Part shown: piece by piece, positions 26,205 through 36,370 of the stretch
How the letters are laid out: the number at the start of each line of letters is the position of its first letter
How positions within the stretch are numbered: the stretch's first letter is position 1
Assembly (NCBI GenBank): GCA_965198175.1
Contig: OZ240245.1
Location: 2,176,001-2,240,000, forward strand
Direction: 5' to 3'
Origin: Candidatus Poribacteria bacterium
Lineage (GTDB): Bacteria; Poribacteria; WGA-4E; PCPOR2b
Length of the DNA stretch: 64,000 bases
The notes under the pieces: model-generated
What the model was told of the DNA's origin: nothing
What the model saw: only the letters and a program-made list of their open reading frames with translations
Databases searched by the model: none
Translations under genes and position numbers: made by a program

Positions 26205-28403
26205 ATGAAGAAAGCGATGTTTTTCAAGTTTAACCTATTATTCGTCTTCGCTCTATGTTTACCGCACAGCTTCGCCCAAGATTCTCCGCAATTGGGGCTG
26301 CCAGAGGGTGCTAAAACGCGCCTCGGTAAAGGAATTTTTAATCTGATACAGTATTCGCCCGACGGCACTCGCCTCGCGGTCGCCAGTGGTATCGGCACTT
26401 GGCTTTACGATGCGGCGACCCATCAAGAAGTCGCTCTGCTCACCGGGCACACGGGTAGGGTCTGGAGCGTATCGTTCAGTCCCGATGGACGCAAAATAGC
26501 TAGCGGGAGTTTGGACCGTACCGTCCGTCTGTGGGACACCGGTACAGGAGAACACCTGCACACGCTTACCAGGCATGTCGGCAGTGTCTATAGCGTTGCA
26601 TTCAGTCCCGATGGTCGCACCTTGGCTAGTGGAGGTGAGTCCCCTACCATCCACCTCTGGGACGCCGATACCGGAGAACACCTGCGTACGTTTACCGCCC
26701 ATACGGATGACGTTTGGAGCGTGGCGTTCAGTCCGGATGGTCGCACAATCGCCAGCGGAAGTTCGGATGAAACCATCCGTCTGTGGGATGCCGATACGGG
26801 CGAACGCTTGCGAACACTCAAGGGACATACGCATGCGGTCTGGAGCGTGGCGTTCAGTCCCGATGGTCGCACAATCGCCAGTGGGAGTTGGGACAAAACC
26901 GTCCGTTGGTGGGACGCTGATACGGGAAGACCCCTGCGAAAGCGCATCGGGCATACGGGTACGGTCTGGAGCGTTGCGTTCAGTCCCGATGGTCGCACCA
27001 TCGCTAGTGGGGGTAAGACCACTATCCGTCTGTGGAACGCCGATACCGGAAAACACCTGCAAACACTCATCGGGCATACGAATTATGTTAGGAGCGTTGC
27101 GTACAGCCCCGATGGACGCACCATCGCAAGCGGGAGTTGGGACAGTACCATCCGCCTGTGGGACGCAGATAAGGGAAAACAACTGCGAACGCTTGAGGGG
27201 CATACGGGTAGCGTCCATAGCGTTGCATTCAGTCCGGATGGCAGCACCATTGCTAGTGGGATTCGCGGTGACAGCACCATCCGACTGTGGGACGCAGATA
27301 AGGGAAAACAACTGCGAACGCTCACTGGGTCGGGTTGGGTCTATAGCGTAGCGTTCAGTCCCGATGGCGACACCATCGCTAGTGGGAGCTCCGACGATAC
27401 CATCCGATTATGGAACGCGCAAACGGGAGAACATCTACAGATGTTCATTGGGCATTTGGGGACGGTCTATAGCGTAGCGTTCAATCCCGAAGGCACCAGG
27501 TTAGCCAGCGGGGGTTGGGACGACACTATCCAGTTATGGGACCTCAACAAGGGAAAACACCGGCGAACGCTCACCGGGCATAGGAACCACGTCTATAGCG
27601 TTGCGTTCAGTCCCGATGGACGCACACTCGCTAGCGGGAGTTGGGACGACACTATCCGTCTGTGGAACGCCGGTGGTAAACATCTGCTAACGCTCAACGG
27701 GCACAGGAATCAGGTAAACGACATAGCGTTCAGCCCCGATGGACATACGATTGCTAGTGGGAGTTGGGACACTACCATTCGATTGTGGGACGTTGATACG
27801 GGAGTACACCTCCGCACGCTCAACGGGCATGCGTTTGGGGTCTATAGCGTCGCTTTCAGTCCTGATGGACGCACAATAGCTAGTGGAGGTCATGATGCCA
27901 CCGTCCGATTATGGGACGCCGACACAGGAGAACACCTCCGCACGCTCAACGGGCATACAGATGAGGTTCGCAGCGTTGCGTTTAGTCCCGACGGGCGCAC
28001 ACTCGCGAGTGGGAGCTGGGACGGCACGGTGTTGCTTTGGGAAGTTGCTTCTTCAATCCAATTAGCGGTGGAACCGTTGGCAAGACGCACCACGACTCTG
28101 GGAAACATCAAACGCACGGCGTTGCTGCAGAATTATCCGAATCCGTTCAACCCCGAAACTTGGATTCCTTATCAGTTGGCAAACGATTCACTCGTAACCT
28201 TGTGCATCTATGACCAGAGCGGTCGTATCGTCCGCACCCTCGACATTGGACGTCAAGTTTCAGGAGTCTACCGAGACAGAGCAAAAGCAGCGTATTGGGA
28301 TGGCCGCAACCAAACCGGAGAACCCGTCACGAGCGGCGCCTATTTCTATCAACTCCGTGCGGAGGATTACAGCGCGTTACGACGGATGGTAATTGTTAAG
28401 TAG
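26205..28403 (+). CDS. Secreted WD40-repeat protein (14 blades) with a C-terminal FlgD-Ig / Por-secretion-tail-like domain
   Basis: Signal peptide, 14 [FY][SN]P[DE]G repeats, LLQNYPNPFNPETWIPYQLA...YWDGRNQTGEPVTSGAYFY. Confidence 0.93.
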   Translation: MKKAMFFKFNLLFVFALCLPHSFAQDSPQLGLPEGAKTRLGKGIFNLIQYSPDGTRLAVASGIGTWLYDAATHQEVALLTGHTGRVWSVSFSPDGRKIASGSLDRTVRLWDTGTGEHLHTLTRHVGSVYSVAFSPDGRTLASGGESPTIHLWDADTGEHLRTFTAHTDDVWSVAFSPDGRTIASGSSDETIRLWDADTGERLRTLKGHTHAVWSVAFSPDGRTIASGSWDKTVRWWDADTGRPLRKRIGHTGTVWSVAFSPDGRTIASGGKTTIRLWNADTGKHLQTLIGHTNYVRSVAYSPDGRTIASGSWDSTIRLWDADKGKQLRTLEGHTGSVHSVAFSPDGSTIASGIRGDSTIRLWDADKGKQLRTLTGSGWVYSVAFSPDGDTIASGSSDDTIRLWNAQTGEHLQMFIGHLGTVYSVAFNPEGTRLASGGWDDTIQLWDLNKGKHRRTLTGHRNHVYSVAFSPDGRTLASGSWDDTIRLWNAGGKHLLTLNGHRNQVNDIAFSPDGHTIASGSWDTTIRLWDVDTGVHLRTLNGHAFGVYSVAFSPDGRTIASGGHDATVRLWDADTGEHLRTLNGHTDEVRSVAFSPDGRTLASGSWDGTVLLWEVASSIQLAVEPLARRTTTLGNIKRTALLQNYPNPFNPETWIPYQLANDSLVTLCIYDQSGRIVRTLDIGRQVSGVYRDRAKAAYWDGRNQTGEPVTSGAYFYQLRAEDYSALRRMVIVK

Positions 28404-28609
28404 GACTACACTGTTGGGGTGATAAACCGAGTATTATTAAACACTGGTTTCTGAAATTGCTTCGAGTGCTATGATTAGATGCGACTGAGAGTATAAGCAC
28501 GTAGGTTGGGTTGAAAGGTTTACCCGCCTTGAAATTGTTGGCTGTTTTACATCTAGTTGTTGAAGGTTATAAGCAGGGCTGCCTTGTCAATCCTAAAATC
28601 CCGATTCAG

Positions 28610-28930
28610 ACAAAATATGTGATATTGTGTGAGGTTTTGTGACATCCAACGAAGTTTCATCAAAACTGAAATCCTCTGAACCCCCACGAGAAGTGGACTT
28701 CAGCCAATCTCAAATAGATCGTATTTCACATCACGTGACACCTCACAAATATGTGATACAATGTGACATAAAATTAAGACTTAGCGCACACAATAAATCT
28801 TTGAAACTCCATTATAAGCGAGTTCGTGCAGGTTTCGTAGCCGAAAAATATCATATCACAGGCTACCTCACAAAATGTGACATGGTGTGAGGTAGCCTGT
28901 GACATCGAGTTGAGGGTTGGGCAGGTCACA
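28610..28930. repeat. Cluster of TGTGA/TCACA motifs with a perfect 17-bp inverted repeat
   Basis: About a dozen TGTGA/TCACA pentamers; TCACAGGCTACCTCACA (28856-28872) / TGTGAGGTAGCCTGTGA (28886-28902). Confidence 0.65.
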
Positions 28931-29307
28931 AACTAAAATAAAAAACGAGCACATTGTACAACGGACAAAATCTAATACTTGTCTATTTGCCCACGAGGGG
29001 GCTGTGGAATTTCTTCAAACCCAGAGGCTTTTACGTCTCTGGGCATTTTTGTCATTCCATACTGAATCCAAATGTTACAAAGATAGCTTTGTAGTGGCAT
29101 CCCTTCGCGTTGTTTATCTTCGAGCGCAGCGATGGGATCAAAGGTCGGCTTTCAATTGCTCTTTCTTGCAACGATTAAGAATCTGTATCAGATTGCATTC
29201 TTCCCTCCTTCTCAACATCACACCCAAAAAATCTCCGAATAAAAAAAGTGCGAATAAATTCCAAGAAATTTGCCTCTATTAGAGCATAGAGAAACCTTGC
29301 TGCTTTA

Positions 29308-29868
29308 ATGGCAATGAATATGGAAATTTCCGATGAAATCTTAGTTCAACACGCACAACAGGGAGTTGAACGCGCCTTCAGACAGCTAGTCCAGCGATAC
29401 AACGAACGCATCATCAATGTCTGCTTTCGGATCGTTGGAAACGATCAGGACGCTGAAGAAGCCGCGATGGACGCATTTCTGGCGTGTTATCAAAGACTCG
29501 GTAGCTTTGAAGGACGGTCGCGTTTTTCGACTTGGCTTTATCAGATTGCCCGGCGCTGTGCCTACAAACAGATTAGCAGACGTCCGCCGGAAAGTGAATC
29601 GATTAACGATCTGGAAATTCCAGAGGACCGTTTGACGATGCAGCCGGACAAAAATTTTCGAGAACGCGAAATCCGAGAAAAGGTTGAGCAGGCGGTTGCC
29701 TCACTACCGGATCACTTGAAAGAAGTCGTTATCTTCTTCTTCTTAGAGGGCCTTCCCTACCATGAAATCTCGGAAATTCTGGAGTGTCCAATCGGAACGG
29801 TTGCTTCGCGGATTAACGCCGCGCGTCAACTGTTACAGCGAAAACTTCAACCTTTTGTCGAGGAGTGA
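29308..29868 (+). CDS. ECF sigma-70 factor
   Basis: AFRQLVQRY, DAEEAAMDAF, FSTWLYQIA (region 2); LPYHEISEILECPIGTVASRINAAR (region 4). Confidence 0.93.
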   Translation: MAMNMEISDEILVQHAQQGVERAFRQLVQRYNERIINVCFRIVGNDQDAEEAAMDAFLACYQRLGSFEGRSRFSTWLYQIARRCAYKQISRRPPESESINDLEIPEDRLTMQPDKNFREREIREKVEQAVASLPDHLKEVVIFFFLEGLPYHEISEILECPIGTVASRINAARQLLQRKLQPFVEE

Positions 29869-29872
29869 AACC

Positions 29873-30184
29873 ATGGCAACTTTAGACCAGATACTCCTAC
29901 GTCTGCCCAGAAAAACGCCCCATGCTGATTTTGTGGACAGGTTTTTTGCGCAGATTCGCGGTAAAGGCACCTTAGCACCTGCACCATCTATAACCCATCA
30001 AGATCTATTTCTACTTGAGCCCGACTGGATTGAGTCAGCCCAATCGGCTATGCAGGAAGGTACAGAATTCATGCAGACTGAGTCCAATTTTCATCCACCA
30101 CCGGTATTGCAGAGAGGGTCATCTCCTGACATTTACCGGTTCACTAAGTTAGGTCCACCGAATTTTAACCGATTCAGCCCATGA
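29873..30184 (+). CDS. Small soluble protein, candidate anti-sigma factor
   Basis: ATG 4 nt after the ECF stop with a GAGGAG RBS; LDQILLRLPRKTPHADFVDRFF resembles anti-sigma helices. Confidence 0.5.
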   Translation: MATLDQILLRLPRKTPHADFVDRFFAQIRGKGTLAPAPSITHQDLFLLEPDWIESAQSAMQEGTEFMQTESNFHPPPVLQRGSSPDIYRFTKLGPPNFNRFSP

Positions 30185-30199
30185 AAGGAGAAACTCACT

Positions 30200-32353
30200 A
30201 TGATCCTAAAAGAGGCACCGATTATCCGGTGCGACGGAATATTCGACATTATCTTCTACGATATCAAAGGGGAAGTCTTTCCCGAAGACCACCGTTTGGC
30301 ATGTCAGGTTGATGTAACCATTCGCAGTCTAATGAAGGGGTTGGACAAAGTGACATTCGCCTTGCATCCAACGCTAGAAGTTACTCTGGTGAGGGCGGCG
30401 GGTGAAACGCTGGCTTTCGATCGGAATACCAAAGATATTGACCAACATGGGGACGGAAGCGTCCTGAACATTCATCTAGAACGACCTTTGCAGCATGACG
30501 AAGAACTCACAATTACACTCAACTATCACGGTGAATTCATCGTTGGCGTGGATTCACGCTACGACGGATACATCGGCGAAGAGGGCGTCTTCATCAGCCC
30601 GCACGCTGGCTGGTATCCATACTGTGTTTATGCCGCTGTGCCGAATTATTACCCTGATGTCCCCTACCTCTTGGAGATGCGTGCCCCATCGGGGTGGATG
30701 CTGTTTTTATATCCAGGCGATCCGGAGGTGACAGAACAGAATGGTCAGGTGACTTACCGTTGGGATTCACGCCAGCCGCACCGGCGACCAAGAGCAAATT
30801 GGGGAATAACACTCATCGGTGCGAAGTATCATAAAATTGAGCGGAAAATCGACAACCACAAACTAACGTTCTTCAGCCTCGATAAAGATGGCACAGCCAT
30901 TGATAAATTCCTCAACCTGTTAAACGGATGGTTAGGATGGACGGACAAAATTGGTGACACGGCTTCGGTGCCGCGCCACATCCAACTAGGAGAGACGGCG
31001 CACTTTTTCCAACCCAACCACGCAATGCCATACATCAAATTTTTCTCGCGACAAATGATCGAGGATTATCCACGCGAGTTGCTGAGGAAGCAATGGTTTG
31101 CAAGAGAGGAGATATTGCAGCACTGGGGGGCGCTGTCCGGTGCTAATTTAGCAGGACTATGGATGCTTGGGAATTATCTCCATCTCCTGTTTCAGGAGAG
31201 TCGAGAGGAGACGCCGGAAGACTGGTTGGCAACAGAGCTAGAAATGCTCTTGCGTAAGTATTTGAGGTGGCGAATCACGGACCCATGGCTCGGACACAGC
31301 GAGCATTTGGCTGGCACCCGAGATCGTTGGATTTTGTGGATGTGGCATCAGATTATCGGCGATGAAGCGTTTTATCGCGCTCTCGCTCGTCTGAGTACGG
31401 GACCTCTGCCACAGGATCGCCCCCTCACAATGAAAGATTTCTACCAATTGACCAGCGATGAATCCGGTATTCCCTTCGATTGGTTTTGGGAGCAGTGGGT
31501 CGAAGGGGTTGGTGCAATGCAGTTTTGGTTCGAGAAAACGGTCGTCAAGGCGCGCGACGACGGCTATTCTGTAGAGGTATGGCTCAATCAAACAGGTGAC
31601 TTGTATCAGGTGCCGCTTGTGGTGCTATTGCGAACCGAAACAGAGGAAATTCGCCGCCGAATCTTTATTCGAGAGCGGATGAATCACCTTGTGTTTCGAT
31701 GCCACGGGAAGCCTTTGGAATTAGAAATCGATCCAGAGAGGAAGGTTTTCAAAGCCTCAACGGTGAATAGGTGCAAACCCATCGACCTTGGGTTTTCGAT
31801 TCCTTTTGGAGAGGATAGATGGTCAGAGGTGTTCCGTCACGGAAAACGGCTAGTGATCGCACCATCGGAATTGAGATCTGTTGCTGAAGGGTTGCGACCG
31901 TATCTGGAAAAGCGAGCTCGGCATTCGCCGCAGATTGTCAGTGCCGACCCGAATTTTGATCGAAGCCGGCGGTTTAGGGTTCCTGTGGAAATTCTTACGC
32001 CTGACGAAGTCAATGCTGACATGTTGAAGGCGCATAATCTGGTTTTGGTTGGAATACCGCAAAATAACCCACTCATTGAAGAATATGCGCTTGACTCGCT
32101 TAGCTTTGGCGCGGACCGAATCGTCGCAGGAGAAATTGTGATTGATAATACCGACCAAGCCTTAATCGCTCTTGGTGAACATCCGATAAACCCAGAACGA
32201 TTCTGTTTGCACGTCACAGGCTTATCAAACGAAGCGATTCAGGAACCACCCGACTTCACAGAGATGCCCGGCGATTTCCTCATTTATCGCAGCGGAAAGG
32301 CGTTGAGGGTCGGCTATCGGAAGCCGTACCGGCTGAAGTGTAAGCTGCAATGA
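30200..32353 (+). CDS. M1 aminopeptidase-like protein lacking the HExxH motif
   Basis: M1-type N-terminal beta domain (LTITLNYHG, GYIGEEG, WYP), FDWFWEQWV, ELEIDPE; the zinc-site region reads FAREEILQHWG. Confidence 0.7.
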   Translation: MILKEAPIIRCDGIFDIIFYDIKGEVFPEDHRLACQVDVTIRSLMKGLDKVTFALHPTLEVTLVRAAGETLAFDRNTKDIDQHGDGSVLNIHLERPLQHDEELTITLNYHGEFIVGVDSRYDGYIGEEGVFISPHAGWYPYCVYAAVPNYYPDVPYLLEMRAPSGWMLFLYPGDPEVTEQNGQVTYRWDSRQPHRRPRANWGITLIGAKYHKIERKIDNHKLTFFSLDKDGTAIDKFLNLLNGWLGWTDKIGDTASVPRHIQLGETAHFFQPNHAMPYIKFFSRQMIEDYPRELLRKQWFAREEILQHWGALSGANLAGLWMLGNYLHLLFQESREETPEDWLATELEMLLRKYLRWRITDPWLGHSEHLAGTRDRWILWMWHQIIGDEAFYRALARLSTGPLPQDRPLTMKDFYQLTSDESGIPFDWFWEQWVEGVGAMQFWFEKTVVKARDDGYSVEVWLNQTGDLYQVPLVVLLRTETEEIRRRIFIRERMNHLVFRCHGKPLELEIDPERKVFKASTVNRCKPIDLGFSIPFGEDRWSEVFRHGKRLVIAPSELRSVAEGLRPYLEKRARHSPQIVSADPNFDRSRRFRVPVEILTPDEVNADMLKAHNLVLVGIPQNNPLIEEYALDSLSFGADRIVAGEIVIDNTDQALIALGEHPINPERFCLHVTGLSNEAIQEPPDFTEMPGDFLIYRSGKALRVGYRKPYRLKCKLQ

Positions 32354-32423
32354 ACAACATAGGTTTCTATCACAATTGGGGACACCGATTTAACAATTTT
32401 GGAATCCATAGTTCGAGAGCAAT

Positions 32424-32609
32424 GTAGGATGGCTTGAGATCAACTGAGCGAATAGATCAATCGACCGAATAGGGAGTGCGATAGAAGACTATGGCGATAG
32501 TTTTTCCCGAAACCCAACGATCAACTGAGCGAATAGCGAAGGCGATAGTCTTGTCCGACAGAATTATCGCAGGTCTACACTATCGCCTTCACTATTCGCT
32601 CAGTTGATC
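32424..32609. repeat. Composite REP-derived element between convergent genes
   Basis: GTAG start, AAACCCAAC; 31-bp inverted repeat 32519-32549 / 32579-32609 of the GATCAACTGAGCGAATAGCGAAGGCGATAGT module also present in the 135-bp doublets. Confidence 0.75.
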
Positions 32610-32803
32610 CCTTATCAAGGGGGTATCTGAATGTGTGTAAATATAAAAGTAAATGGCTGAAAAGCCTCTGTCGACGTAGGAAAAGCAGTAACCTGTATCT
32701 GTCAGCGGGCAACAGCATCGCGGGGCGGCGGGAACCAACAAAAAGGGATTGAGAAATTCCAATTCCGATGACGCCAGCTTATTTTGTGAGGGCGGTGTCT
32801 CCA

Positions 32804-33571
32804 TCAAACAGTAACATTGCAAGTATCAAAAGCCGTTTGCATTGCCGCGATGGCATCGCCCTTCGGAGTAAACTCATGACCGACATAGAGATTATAGCTG
32901 GTTTCCGCAATCGCACGCATGACCCCCGGATAGTAAATCTCCTGCGTGTCGTCTAGGTCGTTACGCCCCGGATTCCCCGCTGTGTGAAAATGTCCGATAT
33001 ACTCGATGTTTTCCCGGATCGTGCGGATGAGATCGCCCTCCATAATCTGCATGTGGTAGATGTCGTAGAGTAGCTTAACTCGCGGGGAATTGACACCCTT
33101 GCAAACCGAAACGCCCCATGCGGTGCTGTCGGACTGATTGTCTGGGTGATCTACTTTGCTGTTGAGCAACTCGATGCAAAGGTTGACACTGTTTTCCTCG
33201 GCTGTTTTTGTAACCCGCAGCAGCCCCTCTATGGTGTTATCCCGTCCTTCCTTGTCCGACTTCCCGTCTCGGTTGCCCGATAAACAGATGAGACCGGGGA
33301 TGTCATTCGCCGCGGCGAGTTCAATATTCGCTAGCAATTCCTGCTCGATTCGATTGTGATTTTCGCGTTTATTCAGCCCGTCGGGCAGCGATTTGTGTCC
33401 AACGATTATGGCAACACGCATTCCATTCTCTCGTACAAAATCCCAGTATTCTTGACTGAGCATCTCGACGGATTTGTAGCCGATTTTTGCAGCTTCGCGA
33501 ATCACTAGTTCCGGCGGCGCGCCGCCGCGGGTGAAACAGCCAAAAACGATCGATTGGTTGATTGAACCCAT
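32804..33571 (-). CDS. Hydroxypyruvate isomerase family TIM-barrel protein
   Basis: IELLNSKVDHP, LLYDIYHMQIMEGD, HFHTAGNPGR, GHEF. Confidence 0.88.
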   Translation of the reverse strand: MGSINQSIVFGCFTRGGAPPELVIREAAKIGYKSVEMLSQEYWDFVRENGMRVAIIVGHKSLPDGLNKRENHNRIEQELLANIELAAANDIPGLICLSGNRDGKSDKEGRDNTIEGLLRVTKTAEENSVNLCIELLNSKVDHPDNQSDSTAWGVSVCKGVNSPRVKLLYDIYHMQIMEGDLIRTIRENIEYIGHFHTAGNPGRNDLDDTQEIYYPGVMRAIAETSYNLYVGHEFTPKGDAIAAMQTAFDTCNVTV

Positions 33572-33674
33572 TTTTTCTCCTTTCGGTTACTGAGAAAGTT
33601 GCTAACGCTCAGAGAAATTTACGCACAAGCATACGCAACATAACGTTGTAGCTGAGAGAAACCGGATTGCTGGT

Positions 33675-34832
33675 TTATCTGGCATCCTTCGGAATGACTG
33701 TCTCGACGATTGCTCCGATTAATCCCTGCTCATTCCATCCGACCGGTCCCGTTCCAACCCGGGCGACGACCAAATCAAGCGACGGTATGACATAGCAATT
33801 ATTTGCGTTGTAACCCCTCAGAGCAAAGGCGTCCCTCGGCAAGCCCGCCATCATGGGGAGTTTCGGCCAGCTTGTCCCCTCGCTATTCACCCACCACGTA
33901 TATCCATAGTTAGGGTTTATTTCTTGCGAGGCTTTGGTGGCGAGTTCCATCCACCACATGGGGATCAGTTGCTGTCCGTCCCACACCCCGTTGTGGAGCG
34001 CAAGATAACCGAAACGCGCCAACTCTCTCGACGAGATGTATATTCCGCTATCCCCGTTCGTGTGGGGTCCTATGAACCCGCGGCCCCCTAGTACATTCCA
34101 ACTCAATTCTTCTATGCCAATCGGAGCAAAGACTCGCTCCTGCATATAATCTCTCATCTCGACGCCCATTATATTTGCAAATGCCAAAGCCAGATGCTGC
34201 AACCCGAGGTCGCTGTACTCCCAATGCGTCCCCGGATTGGCTGCCAGTGTATCTGCCCAATAACCGTGCCGATTCGGACATCTTCCAAGCACGTGTTCAA
34301 AGGCGCCCTGCCCTTTTTCCATCGGCATGCCGACGCAGCCTGACGAATGTCCAGCAACTCCTGAGGTCATTGTGAGCAAATGTCGAGTGGTGATTTGCTC
34401 CTTGCGTGAATCTGTAAGCGGATACCCGTCGGGGATAAACGGGTAAGCCGGAGTGTCTAAGTCCACCTTCTGCCCGTTTGGAAGTTCGTTTTGACGGCTT
34501 GCCTCTAGGAGAAGTCCCCACGCTGTGCCTGTGAAGGATTTGGTGCCCGACCAAATGTTGAAGCGGGTAGGAATTGGGATATTAAAGGTGTGAAACTCGC
34601 GCACTAAATAACCGTGCCTGACGATCACAATGGACCACTGGTCGCCGCCGTAATGAAACGCTTGGCTTTGGAGAACGAGGTCGAGTTTTTCGGGATCCAT
34701 TCCTGCTAGGTTGCGAACCTGCTCGGGATCTTCGATAAAACGCCATTCGCCCTTTGACTCCGGCGGAGGGTAGTAACGATCAACATCGCGGGAAGGGATT
34801 AACATACCTGAACCTCCTACTTGATTGAACAT
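33675..34832 (-). CDS. Serine hydrolase, beta-lactamase class C-like
   Basis: SGTK (SxxK), HLLTMTSG, YSD, ELARFGYL, YGYTWW. Confidence 0.88.
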   Translation of the reverse strand: MFNQVGGSGMLIPSRDVDRYYPPPESKGEWRFIEDPEQVRNLAGMDPEKLDLVLQSQAFHYGGDQWSIVIVRHGYLVREFHTFNIPIPTRFNIWSGTKSFTGTAWGLLLEASRQNELPNGQKVDLDTPAYPFIPDGYPLTDSRKEQITTRHLLTMTSGVAGHSSGCVGMPMEKGQGAFEHVLGRCPNRHGYWADTLAANPGTHWEYSDLGLQHLALAFANIMGVEMRDYMQERVFAPIGIEELSWNVLGGRGFIGPHTNGDSGIYISSRELARFGYLALHNGVWDGQQLIPMWWMELATKASQEINPNYGYTWWVNSEGTSWPKLPMMAGLPRDAFALRGYNANNCYVIPSLDLVVARVGTGPVGWNEQGLIGAIVETVIPKDAR

Positions 34833-35434
34833 CTAAGCTTCCTAGACGATCGATGAAGACTCTAAACCGTCTTCAATCCAGTTTGCCGGAGCATGTACTC
34901 CTGAGTAAACGCCGAATTGAGGGGTGCTCCCGACTAAGGACACCGATTATATCAGTCGTTTCAATTTGCTGTCAACCGTTTTTATAAAGTGAAATTGAGG
35001 ATTTGTGATTCGATCTCTAGATCGGTGAGATCGTTAGCACGAAGCCTCGGGACGTCAGAATCGGGAGGAGCTAATAAATCGAATCATAAATCTTGGATTC
35101 TCTGCGAGAGAAAAGCATCATCTGAGTGTATTAAGTGCGATAAATAGCGGCTAAACCCGCGGTGGGACTAAGTTTGTAACGACTTGCCTGTCAAGATTTC
35201 AGTTGTGATGCTCGACAGTCGAGACGGAGATTGACCTTGAACCACCAAAAATGTGCGAAGATGTAGATAATCTGTCTTCCCTAAAATCGACCGAGAAACA
35301 CCTTAACCGCAGATATTGCCGCCACTGTATCAGCGTGGCGAGCATGTGCAGTTGATAGCTCTTACACTACCTGCGAGGAACAGATTTGCGAAATACTGAT
35401 AAGCAAGCAGATTCTGCACAAGGAGGTAGATTTT

Positions 35435-35850
35435 ATGTTCATCTTGGTCACCGGTGCTGCTGGACGCATCGGTTTCCATTTGACCCGGTCCCTCATTCGA
35501 GAGGGCCATCGGGTGCGAGCTTTTGTCCTACCTGGCGACTCTAGAGTTGCCGATATCGCGCTCCCGTAGGTGGAGTTATGGCCGATTGGAAGATGTCGAT
35601 GCGCTGACGGCAGCTGCGCAGGGCGTAGAAGCGGTGTTTCATCTGCGGGACGCACTCACCTCACGGGGCAATACTGACGAAGAGTTTTTTGAGTTCAATC
35701 TGCGAGGCACTTTCAATCTGCTTATGGCGGTACGTGACCATGCACCGGCGATTCAGCGTTTCGCGTATGCTAGCAGCGATGCAGTTTACTGGAGCGGATC
35801 GACAGCGGGCGCCTTCTATCTGCCTGTGGACGAAGTGCACCATATCCACA
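35435..35850 (+). pseudogene. NAD-dependent epimerase/dehydratase pseudogene
   Basis: AAGGAGG RBS, MFILVTGAAGRIG, in-frame TAG and frameshift, resumes GVEAVFHL..NLRGTFNLL..YASSDAVY..PVDE, then truncated. Confidence 0.8.
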
Positions 35851-36223
35851 CTGTCCTAGAGTTCGTTGTGCATCTGAGCACGCTCATTGGCGGATTGGTT
35901 TCGCGCCCGTAATGGTTGCATTAGGAGCGCTATTGAAGTGAACAAAACCGTAGGTGGCAAAGGCTTGACGAAGGAATGAACACGAACAACATCACCTGCC
36001 ATCCAGCGAAAGAAGCAGATCTAGAACGCACCTTTGAAGTGTTTATTACTCAATAAACGACTTGTATGCGGCAAATAATGTTCCAAGATTCAAGAGCAAT
36101 GGAAGAAGAAACCGCTTGAGCAGCTGATTCATTGGCTTGACGGCTAAGGTCCCGTCAATCATTAAAAGTCATTAAGTATTTAGCGGGGGAACCATTTAGT
36201 TTTCGCATGAGCCAATTTTTTTG

Positions 36224-36251
36224 TTGACTTTCTTCTGGGTGCTGTTATGAT
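36224..36251 (+). promoter_or_regulatory. Sigma-70 promoter
   Basis: TTGACT-N16-TATGAT with extended -10. Confidence 0.5.
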
Positions 36252-36370
36252 AGCAAAAGTTGTAATGTAAATCTGCATCATTTTCGAATCTGTTAGACAG
36301 TCGAGAGATAGTGCCGAGTCCTGTGATGGGCGAGTTTACCGCAAAAGGTTAGCTAGGTGCATATGAAGCG

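Noticed and set aside
26259..28117. Long alternative-frame and antisense ORFs over the WD40 gene
   Set aside because: Shadows of the repetitive WD40 coding sequence.
28610..28930. CRP/FNR binding sites
   Set aside because: Half-sites are mostly in the reverse order and spacing; no clean TGTGA-N6-TCACA seen.
35970..36120. Possible GNAT acetyltransferase remnant (MNTNNITCHPAKEADLERTFEV)
   Set aside because: Too short and interrupted to support a call.
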